Below are positions 16,566 to 23,583 of a stretch of DNA of 29,042 nt, one piece after another. Source of the stretch: Thermodesulfobacteriota bacterium (lineage in GTDB: Bacteria; Desulfobacterota; Thermodesulfobacteria; Thermodesulfobacteriales; Thermodesulfatatoraceae); assembly GCA_013154385.1 (NCBI GenBank), contig JAADCO010000007.1, positions 1 through 29,042 on the forward strand, given 5' to 3'. The position numbers and the translations under genes were made by a program. The stretch's first letter is position 1. Each line of letters begins with the position of its first letter. Under the pieces are notes generated by a model, which was not told where the DNA came from, searched no databases, and worked only from the letters and a program-made list of their open reading frames with translations.

Positions 16566-17330
16566 TCAATTTTGCTCCAGATCGTCGGGAATGGTCTCCA
16601 TCGCCGCGAAACGCGGTTCGTGAAGGGGAAGGAGGATGTCCGCCATCTTCTTCACCCTCAAGACCTGGTCGTAGGCCAGGTACGGATTCACGTTCGTTCC
16701 CGGCGGGATCACCTCCATCTCCATGGCGAGAATCTTCTGCGGCGGAAAGAGGTTCTCCATGATGACGCAGAAACCCGTGATCGCCGCAAGCCCCTTCTCG
16801 GTATCCACGAGGATCGTCATCCCGCCTTCGGTGTGCGCGGGCGTATGCACCATGCGGACACCCGGCACGATCTCCCGGTCTTCCCGGAGATGGACCATCT
16901 GTCCGCCCTGGTCCACTTCCTCCACGAAATCGGCCATGTAGCGAAAATCGAGCGGATGCGGATGATAGAGGTGCTCGAACTCCAGCTCGTGCGCGTAGAA
17001 AGTGGCGTTCACGCACTTGAAGTCGTTTTCGCAGTGGTCGTTGTGGAGATGGGTGTGAAGGACGATGTCTATGTCCTTGGGGCTAAGCCCCCACTTGGCA
17101 AGCCCCTCCTCGAAGGTGTAGATCTTGCCGCCGATGGCCTCCTCCCGCGCGGGCGAGATGATGGGGCTGAGATAGCCCGTGTCCACGAGGATGTTCTTGT
17201 CACTGCCCTCAAGGAGCCAGGCGTAGATGGGAATGGTGTACTCCACGCCGTAGTCGTGCTGATAGGTCATCATGCCCTTGTCGAAGATCTTGGTCCCCAC
17301 GACGATGGGATGGATCTTGAAAAGAGACAT
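16566..17330 (-). CDS. MBL-fold metallo-hydrolase, N-acyl homoserine lactonase-like family
   Basis: ILVDTG, THLHNDH (HxHxDH), HTPAHT, PLHEP. Start ATG 17330 with GGGGGTGAG upstream. Confidence 0.85.
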   Translation of the reverse strand: MSLFKIHPIVVGTKIFDKGMMTYQHDYGVEYTIPIYAWLLEGSDKNILVDTGYLSPIISPAREEAIGGKIYTFEEGLAKWGLSPKDIDIVLHTHLHNDHCENDFKCVNATFYAHELEFEHLYHPHPLDFRYMADFVEEVDQGGQMVHLREDREIVPGVRMVHTPAHTEGGMTILVDTEKGLAAITGFCVIMENLFPPQKILAMEMEVIPPGTNVNPYLAYDQVLRVKKMADILLPLHEPRFAAMETIPDDLEQN

Positions 17331-17363
17331 ACGCAACTCACCCCCTGAAGCGGCTCCGGTCAC

Positions 17364-17372
17364 AGTTTAGCA
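17364..17372 (-). promoter_or_regulatory. Extended -10 promoter for the hydrolase-PMM/PGM-dciA operon
   Basis: Minus strand TG-C-TAAACT (TGnTAnnnT), 33 nt upstream of ATG 17330. Confidence 0.45.
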
Positions 17373-17411
17373 CGCTTTGGCGGAAGGGGGTTACTAAAAA
17401 AGCTACGAAGG

Positions 17412-18227
17412 CTAGAGGGAGACGAAGTTTAAGGCGATGTCTTCGGGCACCTCACCGCGGCGGGCGAGATGCTTGAAGAACACCGAAAGGGCCTCCTGCT
17501 TGAGACCGGAGAGATCGTATTCGATGCCCTTGAGATAGAGCAGGCACTCCCCGGCGGAAAGCCCCGAGATCCTCTCGCAGTAGCCGGCGAGGGAGGAGAG
17601 GCTCGAAAGCCCGCGGGCGCGGGAGAGATAGAGCGCCCGGGCGAACTCGCGCACCGCCGGGGCCTTCTCTTCCCAGGCTTCCCGGCGCACCACGAAAAGG
17701 GCGAAGACGAACGGCAGGTGCGTTCTGTCCATCCAGAGGGCCGCCAGGTCGTGGGCCTCGGCAAAGGGCGGATGTCGGCGCAGACGCAGGGCCTCGTCCC
17801 CGATGGCCAGATAGGCCTGCACCTGCGGGTTCTCCTCAAGCGGGCCGCAGAGATAGCGCGGTCTCTGGCCGTAGAAGTCTTCGAGCAGGAGCTTCAGAAG
17901 CGAAACAGAAGTCGCGCTGGCCGGGGTGAGGAGGACCGTGCTTCCGGAAAGGGCCGTGAGCGGGGCGGAGGAGAAGAGGATCACGCTTCCCACGCGGCCG
18001 GTGGCGCTGATGGAGACATCGGGCAGGAGGAGATACTGCGGGGCGTTCAGGGCGTATTCGAGCGAGGAGACCAGGGCGAGATCGAGCTCCCCCGCGGCCA
18101 GAAGGGCGTTGAGGCTCGTGGGATGATCTTCGACCAGGGTCCAGCCCCTTGCCGAAGCCTCCTCCCGCAAGCTAAAGAGAAGAGGGGCCGTGTTCAGATA
18201 AGAAACCACCCCTACCCGCAAACTCAT
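17412..18227 (-). CDS. mqnA: Chorismate dehydratase, futalosine menaquinone pathway
   Basis: VGVVSYLNTAPL, PTSLN, SSLEY, GRVGSVIL, SATSVSLL, IGDEAL, LPFVFA. Start set at ATG 18227. Confidence 0.9.
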   Translation of the reverse strand: MSLRVGVVSYLNTAPLLFSLREEASARGWTLVEDHPTSLNALLAAGELDLALVSSLEYALNAPQYLLLPDVSISATGRVGSVILFSSAPLTALSGSTVLLTPASATSVSLLKLLLEDFYGQRPRYLCGPLEENPQVQAYLAIGDEALRLRRHPPFAEAHDLAALWMDRTHLPFVFALFVVRREAWEEKAPAVREFARALYLSRARGLSSLSSLAGYCERISGLSAGECLLYLKGIEYDLSGLKQEALSVFFKHLARRGEVPEDIALNFVSL

Positions 18228-19005
18228 GAGGCGAAAACATAGCACGAGCTTCAAGAAGCCAGAACCCCTCACCCTGAGGAAGGGCGCGCTTCCCTTCTAT
18301 CGGTTCTCCGCGCTCGAAATCCCCCACGCCGTGTTCACCCGCAGGGGCGGGGTGAGCGAGGGCCCCTACGCCACCCTCAACCTGAGCTTCGAGGTGGGGG
18401 ACGACCCGGAGCGGGTAAAGGAGAACCGCCGCCGCATCAAGGAGGGGCTCGCCTGCCGCTACCTGGTCTCGGCCAAACAGGTCCACGGCGCCGAGGTCTT
18501 TCTCGCCCGCGGCCTCGAGGAGGATCTCGAGGTCGAGGGCTACGACGCCCTGATCACCGATCAGCCCGGCGTGGGGCTCCTCATCAAGCAGGCCGATTGC
18601 CAGGCCCTGATCCTCTACGAACCGGAAAGAAAGGCCCTCGGGTTGATCCACGCCGGCTGGCGCGGGCTCGTGCGCGGCGTCATCCCGCGGACGATCCGGG
18701 CCCTGCGGGAATCCTTCGGCGTCTCGCCCGAGAGACTCCGCGCCTTCATCTCCCCTTCCCTCCAGCCGTGCTGCGCGGAGTTTCGCGACTGGGAAAGGCT
18801 CTTCCCCGAAGAGTTCGCCCGCTTCCGCCTCCCGGGAAACCACTTCGATCTCCCAGCCATCAGCCGGCATCTCCTCCTCAAGGAGGGGCTTGAACCGGAA
18901 AACATCTTCGTCTCGAGACTTTGCACGCGCTGCCGCGAGGAGTTCTTCTCCTATCGGCGCGAGAAGAGGAGCGGGCGTTTCGGCACCCTGGCCTATCTCC
19001 CCTAG
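18226..19005 (+). CDS. pgeF: PgeF/YfiH (DUF152, FAMIN/LACC1-like) purine nucleoside enzyme / peptidoglycan editing factor
   Basis: FTRRGGVS.GPYATLNL, QVHG, DALIT, ADCQ, HAGWRG, LCT.C...FFSYRR. Confidence 0.92.
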   Translation: MRRKHSTSFKKPEPLTLRKGALPFYRFSALEIPHAVFTRRGGVSEGPYATLNLSFEVGDDPERVKENRRRIKEGLACRYLVSAKQVHGAEVFLARGLEEDLEVEGYDALITDQPGVGLLIKQADCQALILYEPERKALGLIHAGWRGLVRGVIPRTIRALRESFGVSPERLRAFISPSLQPCCAEFRDWERLFPEEFARFRLPGNHFDLPAISRHLLLKEGLEPENIFVSRLCTRCREEFFSYRREKRSGRFGTLAYLP

Positions 19006-20075
19006 AACCGGCGCAAACGGAAGAGAAGAAGGGCCTCGATCAGGAGGAGCACAAGCCCGAGCGGCATGGAAACGAGCGGCGAGAGATAGCCCATGTCCCC
19101 CAGGCTCTTGGCCCCCATGACCTCGGCCAGGCCGAAGACGATGGCCACAAGCCCCAGGGAAAGACCGCGCCCCAGGGCCTGACGGCCCCGCTGCCCGAGG
19201 AGCAGGGGAAGGGAAAGGAGAAGGAGCATCGGTCCGGCCAGGGGATAGAAGAGCCGGTAGGCGATCTCTGATTCCGGAATCGTGGTGGGAAGCCCGGCCT
19301 CCTTGAGGAACTCCCGCTGGCTCCACAGCTCGGCGAGGAACTGCGCCCGGGGAATGCGCTTGACCACGAGCACGGTCTCCGGCGAGAACTCCAGGGAAAA
19401 TTCCTTCTTCTGGAACCAGACGGGTTTCATCCCCTGGGCCGCGCGCTTGTAGAGCCCCTTCTCGAAGACCCAGCGCCCGTGGCGATAGTAGGCCTTCTTG
19501 GCCCAGATGATGAAAACGGGCATCCCCTCCCGGTCCACCCGCGCGTAGGTTACGTCTCGCAGCACGGTGGCGTCCGGGCGCAGCACGTGCCCGGTGAAAA
19601 AGGAGTTGACCCCGCGGAAGAAGAGCCTGCCCTTGACCACCAGTCCCCGCGGCTCCTTCTTGTAGACCTTCACCTCCCACACGTAGAGGGCGCGGTAAGT
19701 GGCCCGGGGCAGGAGGTTGGCGGAGAGGAAGACGAAGACCAGGCTGAAGAGGAGGGCCGAGAGGAAGTAGGGCCAGGAGAGCCGCCCCATGGAAAACCCC
19801 AGGGTGCGAAAGGCCAGGAGTTCCCCGCCGCGCGAGAGAAAGGCGAGGGCGAGGAGACCCGCCAGGCTGACCACGATGGGCCACAGGTCGAAGAGCATCT
19901 GCGGCAGGCGATAGAAGAGGTATTCGAGGAGAATCCGAGAGGACACCCCGGCCTTGGTGACGTTGTCGAGCTTGTCGAAGAACTCCACCAGGGCGTAGAG
20001 GCCCACCAACACGAAGGCCAGGAGGAGGAACATGAAGAGGTAGGGACGCAGGAGATAGCGGACGTAGAGCTTCAT
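19002..20075 (-). CDS. lptG: LPS export ABC transporter permease (LptG-like)
   Basis: YjgP/YjgQ architecture: 3 TM, periplasmic beta domain, 3 TM; GELLAFRTLGFS motif; second gene of a tandem pair. Confidence 0.8.
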   Translation of the reverse strand: MKLYVRYLLRPYLFMFLLLAFVLVGLYALVEFFDKLDNVTKAGVSSRILLEYLFYRLPQMLFDLWPIVVSLAGLLALAFLSRGGELLAFRTLGFSMGRLSWPYFLSALLFSLVFVFLSANLLPRATYRALYVWEVKVYKKEPRGLVVKGRLFFRGVNSFFTGHVLRPDATVLRDVTYARVDREGMPVFIIWAKKAYYRHGRWVFEKGLYKRAAQGMKPVWFQKKEFSLEFSPETVLVVKRIPRAQFLAELWSQREFLKEAGLPTTIPESEIAYRLFYPLAGPMLLLLSLPLLLGQRGRQALGRGLSLGLVAIVFGLAEVMGAKSLGDMGYLSPLVSMPLGLVLLLIEALLLFRLRRF

Positions 20076-21172
20076 CTTCCGATCCCGATCTTCCCCTTCT
20101 GCGCGGCCCAGATGAGGATCGCGGCGATCAGCGCCAGGATCACGTTGGGCAGGACGAGGGCCACCGCCGGAGAGAGCCAGCCCTTCTGCGCCAAGGAGGA
20201 GGCGCCTGACTGAAGGAAGTAGTAGCCCAGGAAGAGGCCTGCCGCCAGAGCGAGCCCGACGCCGCGCCCGGAGGCCCGGATGCTCGCCCCGAGAGGGGCG
20301 GCGATCAGGGGCAGGAGGAAGGCCGCCCAGGGAAAGGTCAATCGCTGATAGTATTCGAGGAGATAGTAGATGCGCTTTTCGTGGCCCGGAGGATACGAGA
20401 GGGCCCTTTTCTTGAGCTCTTCCAGGGTCATCTCCCCGCGGGAGCGACGCCTCGACTTCTCGAGCTTGGCGGCGTCCAGGCGGTAGACGTATTCCTCAAA
20501 CGAGAGCTCTTCGGCCTGGGTGTAGTCGCGGTTAACCACGTGGATGCTCCCGTGATAGAGCCGAAAAACGAGCGTGCCGTCGGTGTGCTCGAGCTCACCG
20601 CGCTTGGCGAAGATGAGGCCCCTTTTCCGCGGATCGGTGTCGTCCACGATGAAGACCAGGGCAAAGGAGCGCCCCTCGCGCCAGGCCTCTTCCACGAAGA
20701 TGGAAAGCCCCGGCAACCAGTTGACGAAGGTCTTGGCCGGGATGCCGCGGGCGATCTTGCGCTCGGTAAGCTCGAAGAGGAAGGTGCGAAAGGCCCTCTT
20801 GCTCCAGGGCAGATAGCGAATGGTCACGAGATAGGTGAGGCAGAGGGTCACCAGCCCCAGGGCCACCACCGGCGTGAGCAATCGCACGAAAGGGATGCCC
20901 AGGCTCTCGAAGGCGAGAAGCTCCTGATCCTGGGAAAGACGCATGAAGACGAGGATGACCGCAAGAAGGGCCGAGAGCGGGAGGGTGAAGGTCAGAAAGT
21001 AGGGGGCCAGGAAGAGCACGAGACGAAAGTAGTCGAAGGCCCGCAGTTGTTCGTTGGCTAAATCCACGAGAAGCGTTACCAAACGCGAGATGAGGAGGAG
21101 CACGTTCAGGGCCAGGAAGCTGGCCAGGAAACTTCGGCTGATTTCTTGGGAGAGATAACGGGTTAAAATCAT
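20072..21172 (-). CDS. lptF: LPS export ABC transporter permease (LptF-like)
   Basis: MILTRYLSQEI, RLSQDQELLAFESLGI motif, same topology as the partner, with ATGA coupling. The F versus G assignment is by gene order. Confidence 0.8.
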   Translation of the reverse strand: MILTRYLSQEISRSFLASFLALNVLLLISRLVTLLVDLANEQLRAFDYFRLVLFLAPYFLTFTLPLSALLAVILVFMRLSQDQELLAFESLGIPFVRLLTPVVALGLVTLCLTYLVTIRYLPWSKRAFRTFLFELTERKIARGIPAKTFVNWLPGLSIFVEEAWREGRSFALVFIVDDTDPRKRGLIFAKRGELEHTDGTLVFRLYHGSIHVVNRDYTQAEELSFEEYVYRLDAAKLEKSRRRSRGEMTLEELKKRALSYPPGHEKRIYYLLEYYQRLTFPWAAFLLPLIAAPLGASIRASGRGVGLALAAGLFLGYYFLQSGASSLAQKGWLSPAVALVLPNVILALIAAILIWAAQKGKIGIGR

Positions 21173-21186
21173 GGCGTCCCGCAAGG

Positions 21187-21195
21187 AATTTACCA
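21187..21195 (-). promoter_or_regulatory. Extended -10 element for lptFG
   Basis: Minus strand TG-G-TAAATT, 14 nt upstream of ATG 21172, within a 42-bp divergent gap. Confidence 0.35.
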
Positions 21196-21214
21196 GAGCT
21201 TGTGGGGGGGAGGA

Positions 21215-22273
21215 ATGCTCGAAGGATCGCGGGCCCCGTGGTGGGGCGTGCTCTTAAGCGTGCTGGTCATCGTCTATCTCACCCTCTATCCTTTCCACTT
21301 TTCCGCCACGCCGTCGTCGTTCGACTGGTCGTTGCCGCTCCTTTCGTCGAAGCACCATTCCCTGTTCGACCTGGCGAGCAACGTGCTCCTCTTCGTGCCC
21401 TTCGGTTTCTTCCTGGGGCTCGCCTGGGGGCCGGGGTTGAGCACGCTGGTGCGCGCCGCGGTGCTCGCCCTCCTCCTTTCCGGCTCCGTCGAGGTCGTCC
21501 AGCTCTTCCTGATAAAGAGGCACCCGGGCCTGAGCGACATCGTGACCAACGTGGCCGGCGCGCTCCTCGGCGCGGCAGCCGCTGGTTTCGTCTCCCCGAA
21601 ACTCGTCTGGAGAAGGTCCCTGCTCCCCCTGGCGCTCGCGATCTTCTTCCTCTACGAACCCTTCTTCCTGAGCTTCGACCCCGGCGAGGTCTGGCACCAT
21701 CTCAAGACGTGGTCCTGGGGCTTCGGCCCGCAGAACATCCTGCTTCCGGCCTTTCTCCTGGGGCTCTGGGGGGCCTGGGCGCGGGTGCCCTGGGCCGCCT
21801 TCCTCCTCGTGGCCCTGTTCCTTGAAGGCGGCCGCCTCTTCATGGTCGTCGCCTCCCTCTCCCCGCTCAAGAGCCTCGTGAGGATCGGCGCCGCCTCGCT
21901 CTTCTATCTCCTCCTGCGCCGCGACCAGACCAAGGCCCCCTGGCTCTTTGCCCTGGCCTATCTCTACGAGGCCCTCTCTCCCTTCCGGTTCTCCCTTTCC
22001 TTCCGGCTACCGGAGATCGTGCCCTTCGCCGGGCATCTCAAGCACCTCTATGTCGGGTCCCTGCTCAATCTCTTCGGCACCCTCTTCGTCTTCCTCCTCT
22101 GGCCCCTCGTCTGCCGAAGGCATCCGCTGCTCTGGGCCTCCGTCCTCGCCCTGGCGGCGGAAGCCGGACAGATCTTCGTGCCCAGCCGCTATCCGGACCT
22201 CACCACCGTGTTGCTCGCGATCCTCGGGACCTGGACGGGCCTTAAATTCCTGCTCAAGGAGTCTCGCCGATGA
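21215..22273 (+). CDS. Polytopic membrane protein with VanZ-like domains
   Basis: TLYPF...DLASNVLLFVPFG...SVEVVQLF...RHPGLSDIVTNVAG (VanZ pattern) and a second degenerate copy at the C-terminus (AEAGQIFVPSRYPDLTTV); highly hydrophobic. Confidence 0.8.
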   Translation: MLEGSRAPWWGVLLSVLVIVYLTLYPFHFSATPSSFDWSLPLLSSKHHSLFDLASNVLLFVPFGFFLGLAWGPGLSTLVRAAVLALLLSGSVEVVQLFLIKRHPGLSDIVTNVAGALLGAAAAGFVSPKLVWRRSLLPLALAIFFLYEPFFLSFDPGEVWHHLKTWSWGFGPQNILLPAFLLGLWGAWARVPWAAFLLVALFLEGGRLFMVVASLSPLKSLVRIGAASLFYLLLRRDQTKAPWLFALAYLYEALSPFRFSLSFRLPEIVPFAGHLKHLYVGSLLNLFGTLFVFLLWPLVCRRHPLLWASVLALAAEAGQIFVPSRYPDLTTVLLAILGTWTGLKFLLKESRR

Positions 22274-23583
22274 ACTACGAAGAGGCCCTCAACTGGCTCT
22301 CGGGCTATCAGTTCCACGGCATCAAACCGGGGCTTGAGCGCATCCGCGACCTGCTCGCCAGGTTGGGGCATCCCGAAAGGAACTTCCGCAGCGTGCACAT
22401 TGCCGGCACCAACGGCAAGGGTTCCACCGCGGCCATTCTCGAGAGCGTCCTCCGCGCCCACGACGTGAAGACCGGTCTCTACACCTCGCCGCACCTGGTC
22501 TCGGTGTGCGAGAGGTTCGTGGTGGCCGGTCGCCAGATCAGCCCCGCGCGCTTTGCAGACCTCTGCTCCAGGGTTCGCCAGGCCATCGGCGACGATCCCG
22601 TCACCTACTTCGAGCTGACCACGGCCCTCGCCTTCCTCTACTTCGCGGAAGAAGGCGTGGAGATCGCCGTGGTGGAGTGCGGTCTCGGCGGAAGACTCGA
22701 CGCCACCAACGTCATCGTGCCGGAAGTGGCGGTCATCACCAACGTGGGCCTGGATCATCAGGCCTATCTCGGGGAGACCATCCCGGAGATCGCCGCGGAA
22801 AAGGCGGGGATCATCAAGCCGCAGAAACCCGTGGTCGTGGGCCCCCTGCCCGAGGAAGCCTTCGAGGTGGTGGCCCGCCGGGCGGAAGAGCTTTCCGCCC
22901 CGCTCTGGCGCTACGGAAGCGACTTCCGCGTGTTTCCCTGCCGGGGAGGGCTCTTCTATCAGGGCAAGCATCAGCTCCCGCGGCTCACCCTGCGTCTGGC
23001 CGGAAAGTTCCAGCGCACCAATCTGGCCCTGGCACTCAAGGCCTTCGAGATCCTGGAAGAGGCCCGGCTCGTCTCCTTCGACGAGGCCCGGGTGCGCGAG
23101 GCCTTGAAGATCGTCTCCTGGCCCGGACGCTACGAGAAGTTCAAGCTGAAGGGGCTCGTCATCCTGGACGGAGCCCACAACCTCGAGGGAGTAGAAGCCC
23201 TGCTCCAGACCCTTCACGAGGAAGGGATCGAACGTTACCGGCTCCTCTTCGCCGCCTCAAACGAAGGCGGGACCAAACCCTATCTGCCCATGCTGAGGCG
23301 CCTGCTTCCCCGGGCGGAGAAGACCTATCTGTGCCCGCCCCCGGGGCCGCGGGAACCCGTAACCTACGAGGACTGGAAGGAACATCTCGCAAAGGGGGAG
23401 ATCCCGCCGGAGGACGTCCGGCTCTTCAAGGACTGGCGAGAGGCCCTGGAGGAGGCCCTGGAAGACACCGGCCCCCCGCTCCTGGTCACCGGGTCCCTCT
23501 ATCTGGTAGGACGGGTAAGGGAGGTGCTGCTCCGCAAGCTGGGCGAAAGGAGGGGCAAATGCGTGGTGTCCTGGTCTTCCTAG
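22270..23583 (+). CDS. folC: Bifunctional folylpolyglutamate synthase/dihydrofolate synthase
   Basis: HIAGTNGKGST, YTSPHL, TYFELTT, ECGLGGRLDATN, GLDH, EKAGIIK, WPGR, LDGAHN, TGSLYLVG. Confidence 0.95.
   Translation: MNYEEALNWLSGYQFHGIKPGLERIRDLLARLGHPERNFRSVHIAGTNGKGSTAAILESVLRAHDVKTGLYTSPHLVSVCERFVVAGRQISPARFADLCSRVRQAIGDDPVTYFELTTALAFLYFAEEGVEIAVVECGLGGRLDATNVIVPEVAVITNVGLDHQAYLGETIPEIAAEKAGIIKPQKPVVVGPLPEEAFEVVARRAEELSAPLWRYGSDFRVFPCRGGLFYQGKHQLPRLTLRLAGKFQRTNLALALKAFEILEEARLVSFDEARVREALKIVSWPGRYEKFKLKGLVILDGAHNLEGVEALLQTLHEEGIERYRLLFAASNEGGTKPYLPMLRRLLPRAEKTYLCPPPGPREPVTYEDWKEHLAKGEIPPEDVRLFKDWREALEEALEDTGPPLLVTGSLYLVGRVREVLLRKLGERRGKCVVSWSS

Noticed and set aside
15184-17016. Apparent 610-aa PMM/PGM with a long N-terminal extension
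   Set aside because: The extension is an off-frame read of the MBL hydrolase gene; a strong GAGGAGG RBS and the family-typical start lie at 16551.
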